The notes under the pieces are model-generated. The model did no database searches, was not told the origin of the DNA, and was given only the letters and a program-made list of their open reading frames with translations. Positions 10,006 through 18,778 of a stretch of DNA of 64,000 bases are shown here, piece by piece. The DNA is from a virus. Lineage: Duplodnaviria; Caudoviricetes. The stretch spans positions 1 to 64,000 of IMG/VR virus record IMGVR_UViG_3300028832_000117, one strand, 5' to 3'. Both the position numbers and the translations under genes were made by a program. The number at the start of each line of letters is the position of its first letter. Position 1 is the stretch's first letter.

Positions 10006-10319
10006 GACGATTTTGGAGGTTCCGTGTCCGCGCCTCGCGCCGGGTTGCGTACCTGACGGCGTAGAGTGCGTTTTGATGCGTGCTCCGCAACCGTTTCAAC
10101 GGTGCGTCCAACGCCCTCACGGAATCTCCAGACGTGAGCTCCAACACGTTAACACGGGAGCAACGCATACGATCACGTGCGAAGTAGGGGGGAGGGACCG
10201 TCGTTCCCGTTGATCCCGGTGATCGCGCGAAAGCAGCAAGCCTGCGCGATAGCAGTACGGTGCAGTCAGCCACCTCGACGGCGGAGGTGCCAACTTTTTG
10301 GAAGAACAGGAGGGCATTT

Positions 10320-10496
10320 ATGGAAGAGAAGACCTTGAGGACTTGGCGGGCGATGGGCCCGTCGGGTCCTATGGAGACCGTCGCGAAGACGAGGGCGAAG
10401 GCGGAGGCCAACCTCCGCTACCGCCTCTCGTCCGAATGCGGCATGACGAAATACGCCGCGAAGTCCTACGACCTCTCGGACCTGAAGGAGGTGTAG
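10320..10496 (+). CDS. hypothetical protein
   Basis: GGAGG SD; 58 aa; abuts the next gene. Confidence 0.6.
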   Translation: MEEKTLRTWRAMGPSGPMETVAKTRAKAEANLRYRLSSECGMTKYAAKSYDLSDLKEV

Positions 10497-10497
10497 C

Positions 10498-11160
10498 ATG
10501 GCGACGAGAAACCCGTACTCCATCAGCACGGGCCAGATGTACGGAATGTACAGCTGCGGCCTCAAGTGGTGGATGAGGAACCCCGGGAAGCCCCCGGGCC
10601 CGCGTTCGTCGGATCTGCACAGGGAATGGTTCATGTCCCTGCGCTTCACCGGGATCCACAACCGGCACACCACATACTTCGGTTTCGACGACGATATGAT
10701 CGAAGAGGCCATCCTCGGCCCGCGCGGCTACCACACGATGGTGTGGAGCAGCGTGCTCGACATCCTTGTGGACAGCAAGGTGCTCGTCTTCGACGTGCGC
10801 GAAAGATCGCACTACAACGCGAACTACAACCTCACGGTGGACGAGTTCCGCGCGGATTGGACACCGCACGCCGACCTCGGTTTCCTCGGTTCCCCGTCGG
10901 AGGCCGAGTGGATGGAGCCGAGCGTGCGTCTCGGCGCGCAGCTCGAGTGGGCCGAGCACGCCCTTTCGGGAACCCCCGGCGTGCGGGTGCTCCTGGTGCG
11001 CAACCATACGCACAGGATGCCCTTCGAGTCGACGCGCCCGCCTGACGACTGGAAGAGCGCGTCGCTGCTCCTCTTCGAGCCGTGGCAGTGGGCCGCGTTC
11101 CACGCGACGCTCCATTCGCTGTGCGCACCGTATCTCGCGGGCGTGCCGTCGTTCGAGTGA
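10498..11160 (+). CDS. hypothetical protein
   Basis: AAGGAGG SD; 220 aa. Confidence 0.7.
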   Translation: MATRNPYSISTGQMYGMYSCGLKWWMRNPGKPPGPRSSDLHREWFMSLRFTGIHNRHTTYFGFDDDMIEEAILGPRGYHTMVWSSVLDILVDSKVLVFDVRERSHYNANYNLTVDEFRADWTPHADLGFLGSPSEAEWMEPSVRLGAQLEWAEHALSGTPGVRVLLVRNHTHRMPFESTRPPDDWKSASLLLFEPWQWAAFHATLHSLCAPYLAGVPSFE

Positions 11161-11733
11161 TTTCACGCCTCCTCCGCAGCAATGCCCATGGACGGGATGG
11201 AAAGTCCGTTTCGACGCGGACGGCGGAGGGTACAAGGCGTCAGGCCGGCCGGAGCCTTTCAATCCGGCAGCCGGGAAAGCCGCATTCCGATGAGGCTCTG
11301 CGGGACAACCCCAATGGCTCAAACTCCAAGATACGACCCCGAGACCGACGGGGCCGGACGGAAGGTACGCACAAGACGCCAGGAGCCCGAAGGCACCCCC
11401 GCGTCGCACGCTCTCCCTCCGGTAGCCCGGAATCCCTGTCCCGTAGGGTGGACGGTAATGCGTCCGTCGCGATCCTGTGAAGGAACGCCGGGACGGGGGT
11501 CGGTACAAGTCCGGCGGGGAAACGAGACCGGACGGGCGCCTGGAACGACGCCCACACACCATCGGAAGATCGTTGGATACCTAAGATGCGCTGCTGCCTG
11601 CTGGACGCCATGCGCCCCGCGCAGCGGAGATGCGGTTCCCTTCGAACGATGGAGGGCGGGTGAAAGTCCCGCCGCTTTGATTTCATCGACATAACCCATT
11701 CCAATCCAACCAAAGCAAAGGAGGGCAGACGAC

Positions 11734-12258
11734 ATGTTCCCCGGAACCGAATGCACGAAAGTGGCCAAAGAGGCCGTGCGAAACCACATCAAAGACATAT
11801 TCGACAGGTTGTTCTACGCGCAGGTAAGCCTCGCGAAGGAGGACGACAGATCCGAGCAGGCCGCGAAGGCCGACAAGCGCAGCTACCGCTCGTTATGCTA
11901 TTGGGACGCCCGCCACCTGTTCGATCCGCTGGTCCAGTACGTCGCTTCGGTGCTCGTGGACCTGACCATCGGATGGTTTTGGCCGTCCGGATGCGATGAT
12001 GCGGGCGACGGAATCGTGCTGTGCGGATTCGCCGACTTCTACCACGAGGAGATCCTGGAGAAGATATCCTCGATGTGCGACGACATCAAGGACTACTACG
12101 ACGACACGCAGCTTGCGACGACCTGGAGCCGCTACGACGAAGACATACGCAAATCGCTCAAAGCCTACAAGGACCTGTTGAGCCAAAGCGAAACGTACGT
12201 GTACGGAGTGGAGGACAGGAAGGCGGAGACCGGCTCCAACGGCTCTCCCGTTCTGTGA
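11734..12258 (+). CDS. hypothetical acidic protein
   Basis: AAGGAGG SD; 174 aa. Confidence 0.75.
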   Translation: MFPGTECTKVAKEAVRNHIKDIFDRLFYAQVSLAKEDDRSEQAAKADKRSYRSLCYWDARHLFDPLVQYVASVLVDLTIGWFWPSGCDDAGDGIVLCGFADFYHEEILEKISSMCDDIKDYYDDTQLATTWSRYDEDIRKSLKAYKDLLSQSETYVYGVEDRKAETGSNGSPVL

Positions 12259-13142
12259 GCCGATGCTGTTATCGATTTTTTGAAAAGGTCCGTCTCCGTT
12301 CCGGACCTGTGTTAACGAACGGACGCCGCGGCATGTGACGCCGCCTCGAGTATGCCAGACAAGGGAGCGAACCCCGAGGGGCCCAAGGGACCGGAAGGAG
12401 CGCCGGGTGCGCGTTGACGAAACGCGAACGGCACGTCTCCGGACGGTCCTTCATGGCTGGAACGCCGGGAACACATGGATCCCTCGAATGGCGGGTGCTG
12501 CAGAAGGAGCAACCCCACCGCGAAAGGGAGGGCTTCGCATATACGATGCAGCCGTGGGTCGGGATGAATACTCAAAAGACACGACCGGCAGGGCAGGCGC
12601 TGGAGAGGAAGAGGCGGAATGGCGGCCGCGGTTGAAGGAAAAAGAGCGGATCCGCGCCTTGAAGCGAGAAGGCGGATCCCCGGACCTGAACTCGGGGTCC
12701 CCATATGAAACCGGGTACGACACTGCGCTCCGCGTAAAGGAGGCACGACGTGGGGGACGACTCCCTCACAGGTGACATCTGGACCCCTTCGAGAACAAAG
12801 GAGAAGGGATCCGCTTCCGCAGGCTCACACCTCACCAAAGAGCCTGCTTTTCCGTTTTTTGAAGACACCATCCGGTATTGATTGTCGCGTTGTTCCGGGG
12901 CTACAAGGCCTGTCGACAAGTTCTCAGCGGATTGACAGTGGAACTAGCGCGGTCAGTAGGAGCCTCCCAGCAGGGCCTTTACGGTCCTTTCATGGTCCTC
13001 CGAACTTCCGGTCTACGCAGACGCCCAGGGCTCACGGCATGTTCGTAAGACGGTACGCCCCGAAGAACGCGACGCGCAATCGAAGGAGGGTTCGACTCCC
13101 TCCGGTGTCACCCTTTCCACCAACAGACAAGGAGACGACAAA

Positions 13143-13241
13143 ATGAAGGAAATCAAGGACGCAGCGCTCGGCGTCGCATACATCGCGGGCGCCGTAGGCC
13201 TCGCGTATCTCGCGAACGCAATGACGGGAGGTGCGCTATGA
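13143..13241 (+). CDS. small membrane peptide (32 aa; not in ORF track)
   Basis: AAGGAG SD; MKEIKDAALGVAYIAGAVGLAYLANAMTGGAL; stop overlaps the next start (ATGA). Confidence 0.6.
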   Translation: MKEIKDAALGVAYIAGAVGLAYLANAMTGGAL

Positions 13242-13462
13242 ACTGCCCGAACACCGCACTCATGCTGTACTCGCCTCTGGCGGGACAGGTGGACATGCTC
13301 ACATGGACGGTGTGGGCGCTCGTGGTATGGAACACGCTCCTCACGGGCCTCGTGCTCTACATCGCGTTCTACGCGAAGCACAAGGTCGAGGACGCCACCT
13401 GCGGGTTCGCGGCGGCGCTTCAGGAGTCGCTTCTCAGCAACAGGAAGGAGGCCGTGAAATGA
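13238..13462 (+). CDS. small membrane protein
   Basis: GGAGG SD, one hydrophobic segment, ATGA coupling on both sides. Confidence 0.65.
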   Translation: MNCPNTALMLYSPLAGQVDMLTWTVWALVVWNTLLTGLVLYIAFYAKHKVEDATCGFAAALQESLLSNRKEAVK

Positions 13463-13923
13463 GCGAAGGCATGACAAGGAACGAGATCCTCGGACGCATG
13501 CGCGACGAGGGCTACGCGACGGTCCTGGTCAACAGGGTCGAAGCGCTCCTCGACGCCTCGGGCGGCGACATCGCGGAGTTCGCGAAGCTGACCCGCGGCC
13601 AGCTGATGGGACTCTACAACAGAGGGAATCCGAACTCCACGGAGAAGGGGCTTGGCGGAGGCACGTTCAAGGCGTTCGACAGGTTCGTGAGGATCTGGAA
13701 GGACTCCCTCAACGACGTGAGGCAGATCGCCCGGGAGACCGTGAAGGCCCAGGAGGCCAGGGAGGCCGAGAAGGCCGCGATGCGCCAGGAGATCCTGGAC
13801 CGCGAAGTGATCTTCGACGTCCTCACGAGCGCCATGGCGGCGCTCGGGACGCTCAAGCTCGACAGGTGCTCGCTCGGGCGGCTCCTCGACATGTACGACC
13901 TCGCATCAGGCAACGCCAAATAG
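13459..13923 (+). CDS. hypothetical protein (154 aa)
   Basis: AAGGAGG SD; start MSEGMTRNEIL. Confidence 0.7.
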   Translation: MSEGMTRNEILGRMRDEGYATVLVNRVEALLDASGGDIAEFAKLTRGQLMGLYNRGNPNSTEKGLGGGTFKAFDRFVRIWKDSLNDVRQIARETVKAQEAREAEKAAMRQEILDREVIFDVLTSAMAALGTLKLDRCSLGRLLDMYDLASGNAK

Positions 13924-13932
13924 GAGGTCGAC

Positions 13933-14820
13933 ATGAGCCACCATTCGGTTGAATCGATGAAGGACGTCGCGTTCCGCAAGGGACGCAACGCCTTCAAGAA
14001 CGATGAAGAGTACCTGCGCGCATTGCACGGGGAAGAGCTGGAGGATGAGTCTTTCGAGGACGAAGAGGACGAGCCTCTCGACGAAGAGGATGAGCCTCTC
14101 GACGAAGAGGATGAGCCTCTCGACGAAGAGGATGAGCCTCTCGACGAAGAGGACGAGCCTCTCGACGAAGAGGATGAGCCTCTCGACGAAGATGAAGCCA
14201 CCAGATACTGGAGCGACTTCGAGTCGTTCCTGGACGACCTGCTGACAGACGGATCCGCCAACGCAATCAACCGTCTCTTCGACTGGGTGATCGAATACGA
14301 CGCTGGAAACAGGAACATCGGCATCTCCGTCGAGCACGGAGGCACCACTCTGCACCTGCAGCCGGATGTCGACGACGATGCTCCATACGAGCTCAAGTTC
14401 AAACTGTCCAGAGAAGGCGAAGAGGACATGACAGGCGGATACGACTTCACCGGCCTTGTCGCCTACCTGGAGCAGATTGTGGACGAGGAGGATTCTCCGT
14501 TCGTCAACATCTGCAATATGGTCGACAACGAGCTGACGACGGCGGACTTCCACGGAGACCTGGGCGGCGTGTGGAGGGGAGACATAGCGGAACACCTTGC
14601 ACATATGCCGACGAAGGCAGAGGTGGAGTGCAACCTTTTCCTCAAGTCGATGGACGGAGAGGACGAGGACGCCCATCTGGAGTTCAGGCGCAAACCGCAC
14701 CTGCCGGACGGGGACACGACCTGGGTGTTCGACGGCGAACCGTCCAAGGAACATTCGGGCAAGGGATGCCCTACCGTCCTGCTGCGATGGCTGTTGGACA
14801 ACCACAAAGGTCTGCTGTAG
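13933..14820 (+). CDS. highly acidic protein with a DEEDEPL tandem repeat
   Basis: 295 aa, AGGAGG SD, very D/E-rich throughout. Confidence 0.75.
   Translation: MSHHSVESMKDVAFRKGRNAFKNDEEYLRALHGEELEDESFEDEEDEPLDEEDEPLDEEDEPLDEEDEPLDEEDEPLDEEDEPLDEDEATRYWSDFESFLDDLLTDGSANAINRLFDWVIEYDAGNRNIGISVEHGGTTLHLQPDVDDDAPYELKFKLSREGEEDMTGGYDFTGLVAYLEQIVDEEDSPFVNICNMVDNELTTADFHGDLGGVWRGDIAEHLAHMPTKAEVECNLFLKSMDGEDEDAHLEFRRKPHLPDGDTTWVFDGEPSKEHSGKGCPTVLLRWLLDNHKGLL
14059..14184 (+). repeat. 21-bp tandem repeat x6 (VNTR, in frame)
   Basis: GACGAAGAGGA(C/T)GAGCCTCTC repeated six times. Confidence 0.95.
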
Positions 14821-15274
14821 AAAGACGATCTTCCGTCCGGAGCAAAGACCGGACGGAGACAAAAGCCATCGCATGGCAAAAAACCAAGCTGATGCGAAGT
14901 GAACGGAGCGCCGTGATGAACGGAGACCGTGCCATTTTCTGCAGTACGGCGCCTGTCTGCGTCGGTAAAGTACAACGGCCCGCTCGAAGAAGACCGGGTG
15001 GCTGTCTCAAGGCGGTGAAATTCCGCCGGATCTTGGCGGCCTTAGAATCATGACAGCAGAGACCAGACACTGCTACACCAACCCCGGCGGACATGGGGAG
15101 TCCGATAGGGGCAGGCGCCGAATCAGCCTGCAGCTATTTCAACAGTGGAAGCGGGACAGGACGCGTCTCGCGATTCCAGGATGTGCTCCTTGGTTTTGGC
15201 CTGGGGTTAGGAAGAAAGCGTCCGGTTAGACACGGCGGTAGTCCGTGCAAATCTTCAGGTGGAGGAGGACGACG

Positions 15275-15520
15275 ATGGCCAGATGCATACACGAGGTTAT
15301 GGCTCCGGTATACGACCGGTTCAGCAATCCCTTTTCCGATGGAACGGCAATGAATATCGCCGAACTCCGTTGTGTTTGCGGGTGCTTGGTATCGACGCAT
15401 CACGGAATGGAGTGCACCGATCTGGAACTGAAGATCCGATGCTCCCATTACAAACCTGAATCGGTAGTCAATCGGATGCCGAACGAAGCGGAGGACAGAC
15501 ATGAACCACCGCCCGTGTAG
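15275..15520 (+). CDS. Cys-rich mini-protein (array member 1)
   Basis: GGAGGA SD; MARCIHE...CSHYKPESVVNRMP. Confidence 0.65.
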   Translation: MARCIHEVMAPVYDRFSNPFSDGTAMNIAELRCVCGCLVSTHHGMECTDLELKIRCSHYKPESVVNRMPNEAEDRHEPPPV

Positions 15521-15806
15521 ATATGCGACCTTGACACCTCTCAACACCGACATTGTCCATGAGCTGTTGGGTGACTATTCTTTTTGGAGTCATCCTTCAT
15601 TCAAACATAGCCAAGGATGTCTGGAGCTTACGACATGTAGACACCCGGACCGATACGAGCCTGGCTTCTTTTTGTCGGCAGATTTGACTGTCGTCACACT
15701 TCGAGGGGCCGAATGCATGGTCTGTCCGATACCTGGAAGGCGTTGTCCATTCTACACGGTCCCCAGCTGTATGAACTCATTAGAGGAGGACGGACATGCC
15801 ATGTGA
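15501..15806 (+). CDS. Cys-rich mini-protein (array member 2)
   Basis: GGAGGA SD; ...CPFYTVPSCMNSL. Confidence 0.65.
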   Translation: MNHRPCRYATLTPLNTDIVHELLGDYSFWSHPSFKHSQGCLELTTCRHPDRYEPGFFLSADLTVVTLRGAECMVCPIPGRRCPFYTVPSCMNSLEEDGHAM

Positions 15807-15993
15807 CTACAGATCGTGCCGATTCCTCAGTCCGAACGAAAAGGTCTTCAGGAACTGGAACGGGCGAACGCGGTGCCTGCGGAAATGCAATGCCTACAGA
15901 AGCCCTTGGGCCGGATGCGTTAGGGAATCTTCGAGGTCGAAGGACTTCGACTGCGGACATTACCAACCGGCGTCGATGTTGAACCGCCTGTAG
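15796..15993 (+). CDS. Cys-rich mini-protein (array member 3)
   Basis: GGAGGA SD; ...CGHYQPASMLNRL. Confidence 0.65.
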   Translation: MPCDYRSCRFLSPNEKVFRNWNGRTRCLRKCNAYRSPWAGCVRESSRSKDFDCGHYQPASMLNRL

Positions 15994-16011
15994 GACCAAG
16001 GAGGTGCGATC

Positions 16012-16278
16012 ATGCCGACACGATGCGAACACGAGGTCGCGGTCCCGGTGGTGGATCCGTTCTCCCTCCCAGTCCACCGGGGAGACGACACGGCGTGGCA
16101 TCATTCCTACCACATACGCTGGATATGCAGGTGCCCGGAGGCACCGCATGCGTTCAGAATGCGCGCCAATGCGATACAAGACTGCGAACTCGGGACGGAG
16201 GAAAGCGGCTGCGAACTGCGCTGCAAATACTTCAAGACGGCCTCGGTTCCCAACCGGTTGCCTCCTGCAGCGACATAG
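16012..16278 (+). CDS. Cys-rich mini-protein (array member 4)
   Basis: GGAGAGG SD; ...CKYFKTASVPNRLP. Confidence 0.65.
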   Translation: MPTRCEHEVAVPVVDPFSLPVHRGDDTAWHHSYHIRWICRCPEAPHAFRMRANAIQDCELGTEESGCELRCKYFKTASVPNRLPPAAT

Positions 16279-16294
16279 AAAGGAGGCGCAACGA

Positions 16295-16510
16295 ATGCCG
16301 CAACGACTCAGACCGATCGAAGAGTGCCTGTATCCGTGCGTGGACGAACAGTTCATGAGTGAACCGTGCACTCCAGAGGAGCGCTCCGAATGCGCACGGT
16401 ACAGTCCGATCCAAACCCGTCTCAATGTGGAACCCGTATCCATGAGGCCGCGCCCGGACAGCGTACCCAACAAACTACCCTTCACCAACCAAACAAAGGA
16501 GAAAACATAA
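16295..16510 (+). CDS. Cys-rich mini-protein (array member 5)
   Basis: AAGGAGG SD; ...CARYSP...DSVPNKLP. Confidence 0.6.
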   Translation: MPQRLRPIEECLYPCVDEQFMSEPCTPEERSECARYSPIQTRLNVEPVSMRPRPDSVPNKLPFTNQTKEKT

Positions 16511-16511
16511 G

Positions 16512-16652
16512 ATGATAGTAAAGGTTCTTACCTACGTCATAGGAGGCGTCCTCGCGGTCGGCTTCCTGTGGTATGCGGGAAAAGTAGTGGTTGCCGGCCT
16601 CAATGCCGTCAACTCTTCACATCAAACAACAAAGAAAGGAACGAACAAGTGA
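16512..16652 (+). CDS. small membrane peptide (46 aa; not in ORF track)
   Basis: AAGGAG SD; MIVKVLTYVIGGVLAVGFLWYAGKVVVAGL...; stop overlaps the GTG of the SPFH gene. Confidence 0.55.
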   Translation: MIVKVLTYVIGGVLAVGFLWYAGKVVVAGLNAVNSSHQTTKKGTNK

Positions 16653-17956
16653 GCAGAAACGACGACGAAACAGACTTCATGAAGAGCTTCAAGGGCATGC
16701 TCTGGATGCTGGGCCTCATAGGCTTCGCGATCCTCGTGCTGTGCCTCCTGAACCTGCACCGCAACGACGTGCAGAACATACAGGTCGTGCAGTCGATCGA
16801 CGGAGACGTCGACATCAGACGCGACGGCGGATGGTACGTGATGTTCAACCCGGAGATCTGGACCTATCCCAAGGCGAGCGTCGAGATCTGCTGCATAGCG
16901 GAGAAGGACGCGATCGACATGCAGTTCTCGAACAAGTCGACGGCGAAGCTCAACTGCCAGATCGGCTACAGGATCGACTCCGCAGACGACGAGACGTTCC
17001 TCAAGCTGCACCAGCAGGTCGAGGGCGACGACGAGAAGATATGGCTGAAGGTCGTATCGACCCTGCAGACCATAACGCAGTGCATCGCGTCGCAGTACAC
17101 GCCCTCCGAGTCGGTCGAGAAGTTCGCCGAGTTCGCGCAGCGCATACGCGACGGCATCCTCCACGAGAAGTCGCTTCTCGCGGAAGGCATCGACGTCGTG
17201 TCGTTCTCGTGCGCGGGACTTCCCGAGTATGACGACGACACGAAGAAGCAGTTCGCCAAGCAGAAGGAGGCGGACCTCGCCAAGCGCCTCGCGGAGGCCG
17301 AGAAGCTGAGGCTCGAGTCCGAGAAGACCAAGGTCGAGGCGAACTACGCGATGCAGATCGCGGAGCAGAAGGGACAGGCCGAGGCCCAGATGGCCAAGGA
17401 CGTCCAGTCCGCCGAGCGAGACAAGAAGCTCGCGGAGATCGCCGCCCAGAAGCAGGTCGCCGTGCAGGAGCTCGAGAAGCAGGAGATGCTGATCAAGGCC
17501 GCCAAGGAGAAGGAGGTCGCCGAGATCGAGGCGGAGAAGCAGAAGCTCTTCGCGAGGATCGAGGCCGAGAAGGAATTGGCGGTCGCGGAGGTCGCGAAGA
17601 GGACCGAGGCGGAGAATCTGGAACGCGTAAAGCTGGAGGCCGCGCAGAAGGTAGCGCAGGCCGAAGCCAAGAAGCAGTCCATCGCCTTGGCCGGCGAGAT
17701 CACCGAAGCCGAGCGCGTCCGTCTCCAGATCGAGAAGGAGACGCGCATCGGAGTGGCGGCCGCGTATGCGCACGGCATCGGCCAGATGCGCCTTCCCGTC
17801 GTCATGACGACCGGTGGAGCCTCCGGCGGAGAAATACCGCAGGAGGGCCTCTCCGCTGCGATGAAGACGTTCTTCGACGTCAAGAACGCTGCCGCCGCGC
17901 TCGAGCTCCTCGAGCACGACGACACGACCGTCCTGCCGCAGCAGCCGCAGCAGTAA
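16649..17956 (+). CDS. SPFH/band-7 (flotillin-like) membrane protein
   Basis: N-terminal TM helix, SPFH-like core, long AE/AK-rich coiled coil, C-terminal LPVVMTTGG. Confidence 0.8.
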   Translation: MSRNDDETDFMKSFKGMLWMLGLIGFAILVLCLLNLHRNDVQNIQVVQSIDGDVDIRRDGGWYVMFNPEIWTYPKASVEICCIAEKDAIDMQFSNKSTAKLNCQIGYRIDSADDETFLKLHQQVEGDDEKIWLKVVSTLQTITQCIASQYTPSESVEKFAEFAQRIRDGILHEKSLLAEGIDVVSFSCAGLPEYDDDTKKQFAKQKEADLAKRLAEAEKLRLESEKTKVEANYAMQIAEQKGQAEAQMAKDVQSAERDKKLAEIAAQKQVAVQELEKQEMLIKAAKEKEVAEIEAEKQKLFARIEAEKELAVAEVAKRTEAENLERVKLEAAQKVAQAEAKKQSIALAGEITEAERVRLQIEKETRIGVAAAYAHGIGQMRLPVVMTTGGASGGEIPQEGLSAAMKTFFDVKNAAAALELLEHDDTTVLPQQPQQ

Positions 17957-18051
17957 CGATGTGCGCGCACCCACTGCATGGGAGATCCAGTTCCTTGGAG
18001 GGGACAACGATGCAGAGTCAGTCACGGTAGGATTTCCGTGCGACTTTTGGC

Positions 18052-18174
18052 GCCTGTGTTCAGGGGGATGGCCAAACCCCCGGCGGGACGAAGGCCGGTT
18101 CCGCTTTCCAACGGGAGGATGCCCGGAGCCGAAAGGACGGGAGATGCCAGTTCGAATCCGGCACACAGGCGCCA
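18052..18174 (+). ncRNA. tRNA-like RNA with an 8-bp acceptor stem, canonical T-loop and encoded CCA, but no decoding anticodon loop
   Basis: GCCTGTGT/ACACAGGC-G-CCA; T arm GCCAG-TTCGAAT-CCGGC; D-like arm GGGGG-ATGGCCAAA-CCCCC; three further internal hairpins. Confidence 0.55.
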
Positions 18175-18574
18175 TTACCATTGCAGATCCGCGCGGACGC
18201 GCTACACGGACGTCTTCGGTTTCCTTCTTTACTTCCCGAAGACTCCGCTCTGGACGTTTGCGACCGCCGTCGGGACCCGGCGCGCGTGGATCGGTCCCTT
18301 TCTCTGACTCTCACCGGCTGGAGAATGACCAGAGAGGACGAAGACCTAAGTCCTCCGTGTGCGACGTGGCCGGAGCGAGCCTCCAGCCGGCCGAAGCTTT
18401 CGCGCGATTTGGGCTTCGGGTTGAGCATTCTCGCCCAGCGGTCTAGGATTCGCACCATCGGGCCGACGATACGGGCCCGTTTCATATTTTCACGTCGCGC
18501 GACGGAAGACAGCTCCGGCTACGCTACTCGGCCGGTCATGATAGCTGGGGTAAAAGCCCTCAAAGAGAGCACCT

Positions 18575-18602
18575 TTGACATTTCACGCATTTTCATTATA
18601 AT
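18575..18602 (+). promoter_or_regulatory. consensus sigma70 promoter upstream of the tRNA
   Basis: TTGACA-N16-TATAAT. Confidence 0.7.
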
Positions 18603-18670
18603 GAAGATTCAGCGGCATTATATTCCTTTCATGACCATGTTCTCCGCCGAATCTTCATTATAATGAAAAT
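18589..18670. repeat. perfect 22-bp inverted-repeat pair, each copy containing the palindrome TTCATTATAATGAA
   Basis: ATTTTCATTATAATGAAGATTC (18589-18610) and GAATCTTCATTATAATGAAAAT (18649-18670). Confidence 0.9.
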
Positions 18671-18678
18671 CTTCATAT

Positions 18679-18758
18679 TGCGGAGTGGAGGAGCAATTGG
18701 CAGCTCCGCGGGCCTCATAAGCCCGAAGTTGCGGGTTCGAGTCCCGCCTCCGCTACCA
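18679..18758 (+). tRNA. tRNA with CAT anticodon (Met; initiator-like 1:72 mismatch; Ile2 not excluded)
   Basis: Acceptor TGCGGAG/CTCCGCT-A-CCA, anticodon arm CGGGC-CTCATAA-GCCCG, T arm GCGGG-TTCGAGT-CCCGC. Confidence 0.88.
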
Positions 18759-18778
18759 TTTTCAAGGAGGGCTCGCCG

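Noticed and set aside
11190-11215. RNase P RNA (GGAAAGTCC motif)
   Set aside because: Only a short match; the complementary 3' P4 consensus was not found
12305-13113. tmRNA
   Set aside because: No GGGG start with a G3-U70 alanine identity pair, no CCA end and no convincing tag reading frame
14059-14184. Regular repeats resembling a CRISPR array
   Set aside because: Units are contiguous with no unique spacers and encode an in-frame DEEDEPL repeat
18052-18174. Functional tRNA-Sec or suppressor tRNA, implying recoding
   Set aside because: No TCA/CTA anticodon in a 7-nt loop; genes are intact under the standard code and use all three stops
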